NCBI GenBank assembly: GCA_951406725.2
Contig: OX597818.1
Coordinates: forward strand, 94,550,001-94,614,000
Length of the DNA stretch: 64,000 nt
Reading direction: 5' to 3'
Source: Octopus vulgaris
Lineage: Eukaryota
Shown here: piece after piece, positions 1-12,733 of the stretch
Position numbering within the stretch: position 1 is the stretch's first letter
How the letters are laid out: each line of letters begins with the position of its first letter
Program-made: the position numbers and the translations under genes
The notes under the pieces: generated by a model
The model's database searches: none
What the model was told of the DNA's origin: nothing
The model's input: the letters and a program-made list of their open reading frames with translations, nothing else

Positions 1-2077
1 CATTTTGTCATTAATTAGTCCTAGGCCCGCTCAGATCAACAGACCTATGGTTCAAGTCATTCAAGCTGTGACCATCACATCCTTTTTCAAGTTGGAAGGG
101 AATCATTTGAAGAATATTTAACCGCCATTTCTAGCAGGTTAAGTAACTCATTAGCTCAGCAAAAAGCTATTTCAATAGAATGAAGTGCAATGATACTCAT
201 AAGTTTTAACCTTATAGTTGTAGAGTTATCTCAGTTCTGGTGTGTAGTGTGTAGTTAAATGTAACCAAAATTAAAACAGTTAAAACAATCTTACTGACAA
301 ATTAACTTAAACTGTTCAGATACATGAAGTAAAATTGTTACAGTCAACTGAAATTGAACCTGTTTGCATTACGGTGAAATTAAGCCTCTAATATATCAAA
401 TTTTCTTTAGCAACCAATGTTGACTATCACCACTACCAAATGTTACCATCTACCACCATTACCTACCATTCTGACAACCACAATACCTACCTTATGTACT
501 ATCATAAACATCTATTATCTACTATCAGCAATTGTCTAGCTAGCTCTCTTGAACTCTGTCCTATCAATTCCCGGTATATGTCTAGGTGCAGAAAAAATTC
601 AATGATTGATATTTTAACAGTTGTCAAAAATATTAAAACTAAAATGAAAATATTTAGATTTGCTTATAGCAGTTTAATATATATATTAATTTGTTTTAAA
701 ATAGTTGTTGATAGCATTATTACATAAACTGTTTCTGATGTTTTTTGTTGTTTGTTTTTGAAGCAGTTTATTACTGTAACTGTTGATTATCATTATTATT
801 AATGAAAATAGATTTCCTAGTTAGCCTATCACTAATAACTGTAATTAGTTTTTGGGAGAAACTCTACTTACCAAACTACTGAAGAGAATAATTTTAAAAA
901 AGAAATATTAGTAAGCATTAAATGAGAGCAACAAGTAATTTTCATCTCATGTCACCAATCAGGTAACTGGTGCAATTTAACAAAATGATTTTTTTCTTAA
1001 CTGATGAGAAGCTACTTCATTTACAATAGTATTGATCAATGATCAACCTCATTTCATCCCACCTCTTACCTTCTCCACCCCCATTTTTTTCTTTCTCTCA
1101 GTGATTGCTAATAGCCTGCAGCTCTACAACTTCCTGAGTTACTAGTTTGTTTGTTTGTATGTATATATATTATCATATGAGCTAAAATTTCAAGATGCAG
1201 TATACCAAGTACAAATTATATTCCATCTCTGACAATAGCATTTTGCTATTAAAGGTGAGGTGATATTTATCTGATCATCAATGTTTTAGAACCTTCTGTG
1301 TTTTAATTTTTTTTTACCCCCTTCTCAATATTTTTTTTACTTCACACATCTCAATTAGCTGTAAGATATTGATATCATGTGTCATTTAGAAATTAGTTAC
1401 ATAGAAATATATATTCTCATATGGATGGAATGGATGCAAGATTAAGAAACATATATAGTGACACACTACTTTATCATGATCTTGTCTGCTTCATGCCAGT
1501 ATTGAAAAATAGACATTGAATGAGTCAGTGAAGAAGCCTATACATTGTTACTCAACCTACTGGAAACATGAGTGAAATCTTTCTTGGAACACCCTGGTTT
1601 TAAAAAAATAAAAAGAACACATTAAATAATGTACTCCTAGATTCACTGTTTGAGGAAAAAGATCTCTGAGCATCATAGCCAGAGTGCCTTTGATCATAGA
1701 TCTGCAGCATCAGATATAAAGACCTAAACAACACAGATATACTATATATTTAATATAGTACATGCAATTTATACTCTGTGTTATATATTAGCTAAATGAA
1801 CCAACAAAGAAATGAATAGGTATGTGTTACACAACATGTAAGAAATAGCTACCAAACATCCTTCAAATTACTCCCTAATGTCTTGAAAAGAAAAAGAAAT
1901 GTTGGATAATGTTTGAATAAAAGATATGATATTAATGACTACAGCTTCTTTGATCATTCCTGTAAATGAATGTAAACTATTCCTGTAAACTAACTACAGT
2001 TCTCACTGTTAGTTGACAGTTTTACCATAAGAGGAAAATGATATTTGAGGCCAGAACCACCCTTGATATATATATAA

Positions 2078-2080
<3 letters not shown>

Positions 2081-2128
<48 letters not shown>
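2081..2128. repeat. (TA)n microsatellite
   Basis: Pure TA run. Confidence 0.95.
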
Positions 2129-2132
<4 letters not shown>

Positions 2133-4534
2133 GGCATGATACTCCTAAATGACTCGATGGCTTGCCTTGTCAGGTAATGACTGATGAATATGCAGATGAA
2201 GTTGGATTTATCTGGGAATAGCTGGAATGTCTTCCTAATGACTTTTCTTGCTGAACAAAGTTACAATTCATAACCACATGTTTCTTATATACTCATATTT
2301 CTATTGAATACATATTTCAAACTGTGTCTAAATGGACATTCTCTCTCTCTCTCTCACAGATCCATGTATATCTGTGAAAAATACAACGGAGAAATGAAGG
2401 TATAAGCTATAGATATACAGAAGGAAATCTTTAGATTTTATATAAAGATGATAAAGCTATATTGTAGCACAAGGCCATAAATGTAAATGGACCTATTTTT
2501 GGTAGTCATTAACGGTGTATGTGTTAGAGGAGAGAAAGATGAGACAATAGAAATATGAGTGATATGAGGTAGTAATTTTAATTCAGTGAATTTTGGTGAA
2601 TGTGTTGTGTTCACAAGTTGTGATTCTAATGTACCAGATTATTTTGTTGTGGGTGAAGTGCACCAGACCAGTTGTGACTTTAATGTGCAACCACTTGTAG
2701 TGTACCTCAACTCTAACTTGTTATGGTACAGTGAGAAAATCTAAATTTTCTTTAAAAGATCTTCCAAGAATTTGTAATATAACTGAAAGCAAAGGCGAAG
2801 TATGCTGTCAGAGGCTGTGTATTTAGATTCACTTCAGGAATTCTGTTCTGGGAAATAAATAATGTCTGGAAGTATTACTTGCAATAGATTGGCATACTCT
2901 CTAGAACATTTATCTCCATGCCTTAAACTGGTATGAAGCACTGGCCCTCAAAAGACATGTTTTGCTTATCCTGCATTTATATTTATTTTATTCGGACTAT
3001 ATAATTCATTTATTTCACTTAGAGTTAGAACTGTTTGATAGTGTTTACAGCATGTATTACTACTAGGATAAAATATGTGAATAGAAGAGGCTTTAACTGC
3101 CTCAAAGACAATGCTGCACACACCTCACATGCATTGAGAGCTGAAACTAAGATGAAACTGTTCAAACTGTAATAATAGTGATGATTTCTTTTATGAACAT
3201 AAATAAATAAAACAATGTTTCAAAAATATTGCTTTCATTCATTAAAAAAAGACTGGAGAAAACCTGAAAAATGTATTTGGTGAAAGAATAATTTCTAAAG
3301 CAAAAAAAACAAAAGTAGATAGAACTTACTGAACTGATATGGAATAATTATGGTGAAGAGTTTGAACAGGAAAACATTATATGAATACTCAAAACTCAAG
3401 TATTTGGCATATGTTGAATATTTTGGCTACATAACAAATTTCCTGAAAACTTACATCTGAAACCTAACTTCTTTCCTCATATGAAACATAGCACAGAAAA
3501 TTAACCTTTGGCAGAACAGCAATAGAACAGGTGACCAGACAGTGAAACTTTTGTGACTTTAAATGACACCTTTTTAGTACCTTTCAGCTGAGACAAATGA
3601 ACGAGGTAATATATTTGATATCAAAGCTACTGTAAGCATATGAATTCAAGTTTGCATAATTATGAAAGCATAACTTTCCATAATTATAAATGCATAACTT
3701 ATTGAAGTCAGTATTTAAAATGGTTTCCTTCTTAGAATAATTATCTGCTGTATGTATGTTTGTAGGGATTTGCTATTCAAATGCCTATGGGATACATTCA
3801 TTGTGCTAAAGAATATGCAGTGAAATTTGAGGACATGCAAGCTGTATGCTTTATCAGGGGACAGGATTGCAGCATGTCAACAAAGTTATATAGTGATCTT
3901 CTGATGGATTGCAACAGGTACATACTATTTCATTTCAGGCATATGTATGTGGTTTTGTTGCTGCAATTTGCTGCATTGTTCATTAGTGAGGGATAAACTA
4001 GAGATAGTGGCCTTAAATTTTTACATTGATAGTCTGCCATGACTTTTGATTGAAGATACTTAGTGATGCAAAAAGCCAATCTCAGCAGCAGATGTGTTGG
4101 ATATATTGAGCTGTTGTCAAGAAATTATTATTATTATTATTACTGAGATGGAAGGAGTATTAAAGATTATTGATTAATAGTAGAGAAAATAGTGGTAGAA
4201 TTATTATTTTTGTAGAAAAACAAATGTAAAAAGACACTAGGACACACACACACTCTCTCTCATACACATTTACATGTGCTTCTTTTAGCTTACATCTGTC
4301 AAATTCACTCAACGTTTTGGTCAGCCTGGGGCTGTACTAAAAGATTTGCCCAATATGCTTAGGAAGCAAAGAGTTTAACCACACACACACACGCATAAAC
4401 TAATAATTTTATGCCTGTTTTCCATGCTGGTCCAGGTTGGACAGTTCAACTGAATCTAATGAATTGGGAGGACATGTCTTGCTCAAACATTTCAGTCTTT
4501 GTGCACGTGCACACACACACACATCTATATAAAA

Positions 4535-4670
4535 TCATCATCATTGTTATTTAATAGCCATATTCCATGCTAGTGTGGTTTGACAAGAAACAATAAGCCT
4601 AAGGACTGCATTGTGCTCTACTGTCTACTATGGTATGTTTTCTACAGCTGGATTCCCTTCCTAATGCCTT
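4535..4670 (-). mobile_element. Degenerate copy of the RTE-tail SINE-like repeat (3' end with (GAT)n tail)
   Basis: atcatcatcatt...ttccatgctagtgtggtttgac...tttctacagctggattcccttcctaatgcc resembles the copies at 10176 and 38313. Confidence 0.6.
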
Positions 4671-7600
4671 CTACTTTTTTTGGTCCTTTTTTCGTTTCAT
4701 TTCACTGAGTTGGGTGGGTCTCAAAAACTGTGTTATTGCCAATCATCCTGGCTCCTTGACATCTTCTCTGAGGGATTCATTGTCCTGATATATATATATG
4801 TCACTTTTTATAGCTTGTGTCCTCATTCCATCTCACTTATAGTAAATCAAATCAACCATATGGAGATGTGTACTTGGAAGTACAAAAGCTGGTCTCTTTC
4901 TTTGAATGTATCAGCTAGATAAAACAACATTATTATAGCACAATAGGTTGAAACCGTGCTGCCAACTACCTCTCATTAAGTATGAAAAGAAATGAAAACT
5001 CCCATAAACTGACTGAGCATTTTCTGCATTTCTCTGCTTACAAATCTTACCAGGTTCAATCATTCAAGAACAAAACAGATGTATTATATACTGAGTGTCA
5101 TCCTGCACCACAGATGTTGCATACATATGTATTAATTACTGTATAGATTAGACTGAAGTTTAAGATATGTGTGTTGCGCCTAATTTTAAATTCGCTCAGC
5201 TCTATGGAAACTGAGTAGATTTGGGTTACCCAACAACAACAAAAACCACCAGAAATTGAACAAGACAACCAACACACCTCTCTCTGAAAATCATAATCCC
5301 AGCCAATTATTTTTCAGAATTGTAGACTTAATCCGTTTTATTATTATTCTTAATCTTATCAAGCCATGCCTAAAGCAATTGAAAATCATTAAGTTGGTGA
5401 TCAATATAAGTTAATATTTGTGAAAGAGATTTGTTAAACCATTCCCAGCTGAGATCAATTTCAAAAGATATTTCAACTACGAGTAAAAATAGACTATTCC
5501 CACCCAACTCTGACAATTATTTAGAGAAGATAAAAACAATAATAATAATTATTATCAAAGATACATGCATTAGTTCAAGTTCAATAAATTTCGCCTGTTA
5601 CTTCTGAATGAATGGATATTAAAGGTGAAAATATCAGAATTGGCCAACTCAAGAGAATGTTAGCTAATCAGCAACTATCAGCCAAAATGTTCACAAATTA
5701 GATACTATCACTACTGCTGTTTAGTAACCATGACCTAAATTTTTAAAGTCTTTGCTAGCCCAGTCCACTGAACTGTAAAGAGGTGCCACTGAGGTGATTG
5801 TGCTCACCACTGTGAGTGGTTTGAGCATTGTATAACTGATGTACTGAGCAAAAAACAAGGATTATATGAAACTGAACAACAATCATAACCTTTTTAGATT
5901 TGTTTGTTTGATGCTCATAATTAGTATATTATGATAATCCTTATTAATTACTAAATGAAATCTGTTGGTTTTGTTTATTAATATATATATTGATTTATAT
6001 TGTAATGCTTTATAAGCATTTTTGTCTGTTTTCCATACACTTCCTTTCTGTGCTTGTACCATGGGTGAAATTGGTTGGTATAAATTTTGACATTTTCATT
6101 ACTGTTAAGTGAGTGAATTTTATGACCAAATTGCCATCCTAAACCATTCAACCATGAAGTCAAAGGTCATGTGTTTAAGACTATTGTAAGTGTTTCATTA
6201 TGTTTCTTGGAAGAACACTTTATTCCTGTCTTATTTCACTCAACCTAGCTACTGTGGAATATTACCTATGATTTCCCTATTCTATTTAATGCCCTGAAAT
6301 TGGTACTAAATATAGCTCTTGAAAGCCCACTCATGGCGTAGAATGCATCAATATATTTCACATGACATATATCTTGTAGAACATAATGTGTGTACCAAAG
6401 TTTGATTTCAGGTCCATATATCTTGTAATCCAGTACCTACAACCAATCTGACATTTTGTGTAAATAAAAAAAAAAATCTTTCTTTCCCTCTCATCTACTA
6501 TCACTTCAGTGCACTATCATTTGCTAATTCCGAACCCTACAGTTAAATCTCACCACTTCCCACAGCTGCCCTTTTTTAAACATGCATGTAATATATGTTA
6601 CTTACTCATTTGTAGCTCCTTCCCTTGCTCTAGCCCCACTGCATCACCTTTTCTCTCCAACACCACCCTCCTCACCAGGCCCAATCACCACTCCTTTCAC
6701 ATAACCAACCCCTTTACCTGCGCCTCTAGCACTCTAGCACTTTGATTTAGTTTCAATGGCTGGATGCCTTTTCTGTCCCTAATTGTTTCATGGCACCAGC
6801 ACTAGAGAAGTGGTCATGCTCTCAACAAGCTAAGGCATTCCTCCACCTCCATATTATATTCATTCATTTACCAGTTACTTTACAAAGCCTACTGTGTGCA
6901 TCCATTAAGGTACCAACACTTGTGGTTGTGTACTGCACTCTGAAAATCCACTTTGTATGTATGTGCATGTGCACGCACATGCATGTATATGTATGCACAT
7001 ATATCTGTGCGCACACACACTCATATAAGAACATGTATCAAAATGAGGCTACTTGTGTTGGCATTGTACATGGAAGAAATTAGGTATAAATGATGAGAAC
7101 ATAATTGATGAATGAAATCAAATTATAACCCCTCATCAGCTTTCTCACAAGAGATTTTCTAAGTTTTAGTGCATTGGACTATACCACTTAAATAGCAGTG
7201 ACCTTATTCTTCCCCCCCCTCCTCTTTATGTTGTGTCACTTCTCTCTTTTTCTCTTTCCATTCCCATTTTGCAATTTCCTACTGCTATGGCCAGATATCT
7301 ATCTATCTTTCTTTTTAATATCAATTCCATTAGTGATCGCTAATTTCTCTTCTCTAAGTCATTTTTTGGTCAGTGGACTAAGACCAAGCACCTAATCATT
7401 TATTCACTTGTTGCATTATTGTCTTATGTTGTTTTGTTTTATTTTTACCATAGAAGACTAGATGCTATTCTTTTTTCCACCCTTGTTGCTAACCATGTAT
7501 TTTTTTTCATGTTTTTCTGTTTTCTCTGTCCCTGTTTACTATGACTTAACTATGTCTATTTGTATTTGTTCTCTTGTCTTTTTTTTCTTGTCTCTACTCT

Positions 7601-7699
7601 ATCAATGTCCTAACAATCTGATGGTTGTTGACCCCACTAGAGTAGCAGTACTCCATAAGGTGTCAAAATTGCAAAGATGCCAAGCTGATTAATGCTGTC

Positions 7700-7946
7700 T
7701 TTGTGTATGTTCATCTATTATGCATTCTCATACATACATACATGCATGCATACATACATACGCACGCACGCACACAAATACTCATACACACATATACACC
7801 CCACATGCATGTATATATACACACACATGCATGTATACATGCACATACAACCATAAACAATGGGTGTGGTTGTCTTTGTGTGTGTACAAGTATGTAGGTG
7901 TATGTATATATATTTATGTGTATATGTATAGCAGTGTGTGTGTGTA
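7700..7946. repeat. Compound (CA)/(TACA)/(TG) microsatellite
   Basis: Low-complexity di- and tetranucleotide runs. Confidence 0.85.
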
Positions 7947-8367
7947 TAGCAGCTGAAATATGTGACAAACATATTTCAAGTAACTTAAATTGTAATTATA
8001 CATAAACACTGCTTAGCGCATTTACTCCGATATTTTTCTCAATTGGGTGATCTGCTAGCACAAATCAGTCAATGTGTTGGCTGAATTATATATAAAGCTT
8101 ATAAGCTTTGTCAATTTGTTCAGGGTTGCCCCTCACATCTGATTGACAAGAGTTAACAAACTTGAAATATCAATGTCTCAGATTCCCAAGAGAGGGTGAC
8201 ACTGAACGAACAGGGTGTTTTCACACCTTTTTACCATAAGAGAGAATTTTTCTCCATGGTAATTGCAGTGTATTTGCCTTTAGCAGTTGAAATATGTGAA
8301 AAACATATTTCAACTAACCTAAATTGTGATCATATGTAAAAACTGCTTAGCGTATTTACTCCCATAT
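7947..8367 (+). mobile_element. Retrozyme-like or Penelope-related non-autonomous unit: 334-bp monomer plus 87-bp terminal direct repeat
   Basis: 7947-8033 and 8281-8367 are ~87-bp direct repeats (tagcag.tgaaatatgtga.aaacatatttcaa...actgcttagcg.atttactcc.atat). The interior has several hairpins and a hammerhead-like motif. Confidence 0.6.
8137..8183 (+). ncRNA. Decayed type I hammerhead ribozyme motif
   Basis: Stem I ATCTGA (8137-42) / TCAGAT (8178-83); core TTGACAA versus CUGANGA; stem II GAGTT-AACA-AACTT; GAAA at 8164-67; short stem III T-ATCAAT-G; GTC cleavage triplet at 8175-77. Deviations from the inferred ideal motif are C>T or G>A transitions. Confidence 0.55.
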
Positions 8368-8382
8368 ATATATTTTAATGAT

Positions 8383-8622
8383 AAAGATCCTTGCCAAGAC
8401 ATATCGATTCACAGGGTCAGTTTCTCAGTTCCCATGGTACATATATTTTCCATCCCGGACAGGACACCAGTCTGTTGCAGGAAACTCATTTTCATCAGCT
8501 GAGTGAACTGGCACAACATGAAATGAAGTGTTTTGCTCAAGAACACAACACATTGCCTAGTTCATGAATCAAAACCACAATCTTACAATCATGAATCCAA
8601 CACTCTAACCATGAAGACTGCT
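8383..8622 (-). mobile_element. tRNA-derived SINE (same family as 37726-38915)
   Basis: Reverse complement reads ...catggttagagtgttggattcatgattgtaagattgtggttttgattcatgaactagg...gttcttgagcaaaacacttcatttcatgttg, with A/B-box-like head. Confidence 0.7.
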
Positions 8623-8625
8623 CTC

Positions 8626-8654
8626 ATATATATATGTGTGTGTGTGTGTTTGTG

Positions 8655-8696
<42 letters not shown>

Positions 8697-8722
8697 TATA
8701 CATATATATATATATATATATT
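8626..8722. repeat. (TG)/(TA) microsatellite
   Basis: Direct inspection. Confidence 0.95.
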
Positions 8723-8725
8723 AAG

Positions 8726-8937
8726 TTAATCCAAACATGAAAACACAAAGAGAAAACACAACGCGAGGACGTGGAACAAGTATAGTGTTATTGGACGCTC
8801 AGGAAAGGAAAGAAAGAAGGAGGATTTAACACTTCGAGTGGAGCTCTTCGTCAGAAACATAGGAAAAGGAAAGATCCAAGGAAGGGAAGACGGAGGAAAA
8901 AAATCGCCAACGATACACACACGGTCACATTTTGAAG
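8726..8937 (-). mobile_element. CpG-rich ~210-bp repeat inserted in a TA microsatellite; probable Penelope-like terminal-repeat fragment with a degenerate minimal hammerhead (8824-8858)
   Basis: Minus strand reads GTTT CTGACGA AGAG-CTCCA-CTC GAAG TG TT AAAT. Sharp compositional boundaries, TA runs on both sides. Confidence 0.5.
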
Positions 8938-9924
8938 ATATATATGTATATACACGCACACACGCATACACACACAAACCTCTATTTTAAATATATGTAT
9001 CAGTGTATAAATGCACACACTCTAGAGGTGTGCGTGTGTGTGTGTATAGCATTGGGTCCCTGTGTACCTTTGACAACATGTAATCAAGTACAATCTGTTT
9101 CATGGTTGAATTGTTGACTAAAAGGCATTCCAGCTGGTTACCCTGTTGAAAAGTGTGGCTTAAAACTCAGCAGGGAAAAGAAAAGAAAAACAAATAAACT
9201 CAATAGCAAAGTTCAAACCAGTCAAGTGTCAATGACTACCTAGAAATAGTGTACTGAGCCATAGAATTACTTTAGATAGTGAACATGTGCACTTTAAGTT
9301 CATTTTAGGGGTGATGGACACTAATTCCTCTCAGAGCATTTGGTTAAGAGGTGTGTAGATAAGATTTTTACCTGTAGAAGGATCAGCTATCTGCATTACC
9401 TTGTTGCTTTATGGGTGAATTCAAGCAGGCAAAATTTAATGTACATCCTGTGAGTAAACATGATGCCACAGCCAGCTTTTTGATAGTTTGTGACTGATTG
9501 GATTTCTGGCTGGCCTTACATCTGAGAAGTACCAATCATTTTGTGCTATCCTTGTCACTGAATCTATATGTTTCTCCTAATACCTCTATAAAATTGTGTC
9601 ATGCTGGTTTCATTTCTCTCAATATTGATCATGGATCTTAGATTTTGAATAGTCATTGCCTTTCCAGCTGTTGAGATATCACATGCATTTGCAGATATGA
9701 TATACCACTATATACAGCTTATTTGGTTCTTAAGATCACACAATAGGTGTAACTCTGTCATAAGCAGTAATAGCTCTTTAGTCACTCACTCAGCTGATGC
9801 CTCTCTTATTGCTGCTCTTTAAGAAGCACAATTACCAAAGAAGATGTACTGTTATCAAAAAATCATAATTGAAAAAGATGCTCATCATTGGATTTGATTG
9901 ACATCAAAATCTTTCTACCTATAT

Positions 9925-9955
9925 TTGTATATATATGTATATATGTATATATGTA

Positions 9956-9991
<36 letters not shown>

Positions 9992-10175
9992 TGTATGTAT
10001 GTGTATATATATATATGTATATATGTATGTATATATATATGTGTATGCATGTATATATATATGTGTATGCATGTATATATATATGTGTATGCATGTATAT
10101 ATATATATATGTATGTATATATATATATGTATATGCATGTATATATATATATGTATATGCATGTATATATATGTA
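9925..10175. repeat. (TA)/(TATG)/(TGCA) compound microsatellite
   Basis: Direct inspection. Confidence 0.95.
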
Positions 10176-11211
10176 TCATCATCATCACCATCATCATCGT
10201 TTAACGTCCGTTTTCCGCGCTAGCACGGGTTGGACGGTTTCGACCGGGGTCTGGGGAGCTAGGGACTGCCCCAGGCTCCAGTCTAGTCTGGCAGTGTTTC
10301 TACAGCTGGATGCCCTTCCTAATGCCAACCACTCCGCGAGTGTAGTGGGTGTTTTTTACCTGCCACCTGCACAGGTGCCAGACGGGTCTGGCATTGGCCA
10401 CGTTCGGATGGTGCTTTTTTTTATGTGGGGGGGAGTGCAGAAATATAGGGGAGCACCAGTGGGGAGGGGTGGTTCAGAGAAATGATGACAGGTTCTAGGC
10501 AAGTAGAACGTAGGATATCAAGAGAGGGGTAATGCATGGTGAAATAGCGTATTGAAGAGGGGTTCGAAGAGTAGACACCTATAATGGTGGTGGGAGAAGC
10601 GACATCCGGTATAGATGGAGCAAAAATATAGAGATATCCGGTATTGGTGGTGGGGGTGGGCAGGGCGGGTGCACCGCGAATACACGATGGTTGATTATAG
10701 TCGAGAAGAGAAATGGATAAATTAGTTAAAATAATTAGATAGATAGAGAAATTAGATAAAAATAGTTAGATAGATAAGAAAGCATGTATGATCGATCGAG
10801 AAGTGAAAATAAATAAGCATTCAAACTTATCTGCGCTTGGGTGCTAGATGAATGAATGAGAGAGCAAATGTATGGGGCTGCCTTTTTTAAGTAAAAATTG
10901 TCCGGAAGAGGAATTTTTGGACAAGGCGGAAGTGTATTAAAGGAACAGGCTTCAAGATGGCGAATACACGATGGTTGATTATAGTCGAGAAGAGAAATGG
11001 ATAAATTAGTTAAAATAATTAGATAGATAGAGAAATTAGATAAAAATAGTTAGATAGATAAGAAAGCATGTATGATTGATCGAGAAGTGAAAATAAATAA
11101 GCATTCAAACTTATCTGCGCTCGGGTGCTAGATGAATGAATGAGAGAGCAAATGTATGGGGCTGCCTTTTTTAAGTAAAAATTGTCCGGAAGAGGAATTT
11201 TTGGACAAGGC
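10176..11211 (-). mobile_element. Young non-autonomous RTE-tailed retroelement with a duplicated 5' module
   Basis: (CAT)n-cgtttaacgtccgttttccgcgctagcacgggttggacgg is the reverse complement of the 3' tail that follows the RTE fragment at ~33340-33515. CpGs are intact and TA-rich microsatellites flank both sides. Confidence 0.7.
10676..11211. repeat. 252-bp direct repeat (10676-10927 and 10960-11211), 32-bp spacer, 2 mismatches
   Basis: gcgaatacacgatgg...tttttggacaaggc occurs twice; the differences seen are atcgatcg/attgatcg and gcttggg/gctcggg. Confidence 0.95.
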
Positions 11212-11506
11212 ATATATATATGTATAGGCATGTATATATATATATGTATGTATATATATATATATATATGTATATGTTTGTATATATATATATGTATATG
11301 TGTGTATATATATATATGTATGTATATATATGTATAAGTATGTGTATATGTATATATATATGTGTGTGTGTGTATGTATGTATATGTATGTATGTGTGTA
11401 TATATATGTGTATGTATGTATCTATATATATGTATATATGTGTATGTATGTATATATGTGTAAATGTATCTATGTATATATGTGTGTGTATATATATGTA
11501 TATATA
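11212..11506. repeat. (TA)/(TG)/(TATG) compound microsatellite
   Basis: Direct inspection. Confidence 0.95.
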
Positions 11507-12733
11507 CAGTGGTTGGACAAAATAATGGAAACACCTTAAAATTTCAAGCAAATTTATTTTTATATGAGGTAGGACCGCCTTTGGCAGTAATTACAGCTTG
11601 AAATCTACTGGGTATGGACTCATACAAAGTTTGAATTGTTTCCAAAGGAATTTTTATCCATTCTTCAGCTAAAACAGTCTCCAGTTCTTGTAGTTATGAT
11701 GGTGGGGGATATTGACTCCTTATTTGTTTTCCTAAAATGCACCATAAATGTTCAGTAATATTGAAATCTGGGGACTGTAGTGGCCAGAGAAGATCTTCAA
11801 CTTAGCTGTGTGATTTGGTGCATTATCATCCTGAAAAATTGCATTTTGCTCTGGAAACAGTTCCACAACCATAGGATGAATTTGATCAGAAAAAATACTT
11901 AAATAGTCTTGAGTATTAATTCTGCCATGAAAGGAAACCATTGGGCTGGTGGATTTCCAAGATATAGCCCCCCCCCCCTCCATCATCAGAGATCCTCCTC
12001 CATGTTTAACAGCTTGAAGAAGACAGTCTGGTTCAAATGCTTCTTTTGGCTGTCTCCACACGTATACTCAGCCGGTGGTTGAAAATAAGGTAAAGGATGA
12101 CTTGTCCAAGAAATTAACATTCTTCCACTGCTCTAGGGACCAATTCTGTAGGTTTTTTTTACCCAACTCTAAACACTTTGTTTTTGAAAGTAGTGGTTTT
12201 CTGATTGCAGCCCTCCCATGAAATCCGGCTTTGTGCAGCTCCCAGCAAACAGTTTTTGTGAAAACTGGGTTCTTGAAGTGCTCATTAAGCTCTGCAGTAA
12301 TTTTGGGAGCAGTACTTTTGTGATTCTTTCTAACAATTCATGTTAGAGTCTGACGGTCCCTACCTGAAAGTTTTGGTTTTCTTCCGTAGTTTTGTTTCGA
12401 CAAGGAGGTTTTTCCCTCTTTCTCAAAGCTGTCATTACTTTTGAGACAGTACTTCTTGATACACCAACCATTTCAGCTGTTTTCGTTATGCTAGTGCCTG
12501 CCATATGAGCACCAGCAATTTAACCTCATCGAAAGTTTGATAGATCTGTCATTTTAATGAATTTTAGTTACCTTTTTCTGATGACATCTGAAAAGAAACA
12601 GAAATTTTAGCAAAACATATTAAGCAACACTAATAATAAATCAAAAAGCATAAAAATAAACACTATCTTGACAGTTTTATAGATATTTCAAAATTATGAT
12701 GCTAGATGTTTCCATTATTTTGTCCAACCCCTG
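11507..12733 (-). mobile_element. Tc1-family DNA transposon, defective
   Basis: TIRs of ~29 bp: CAGTGGTTGGACAAAATAATGGAAACACC and GATGTTTCCATTATTTTGTCCAACCCCTG. TA dinucleotides at 11505-06 and 12734-35. Contains a transposase relic. Confidence 0.95.
11560..12552 (-). pseudogene. Tc1 (DD34E-type) transposase pseudogene
   Basis: MTDLSNFR*G*IAGAHMAGTSITKTAEMVGVSRSTVSKVM (HTH) ... VKHGGGSLM ... IFQDDNAPNHTAK ... WPLQSPDFNITEHLW ... AKGGPTSY. Stops, frameshifts and an apparent deletion between the second D and the E. Confidence 0.9.

Noticed and set aside
9863-11551. Long ORFs rich in Y/I/H/T/C/V/M (also near 7700, 8530, 13900, 37760-38280, 45050, 47550, 48420 and 61050)
   Set aside because: They are translations of (TA)/(TG)/(CA)/(TTA) microsatellites that simply lack stop codons.
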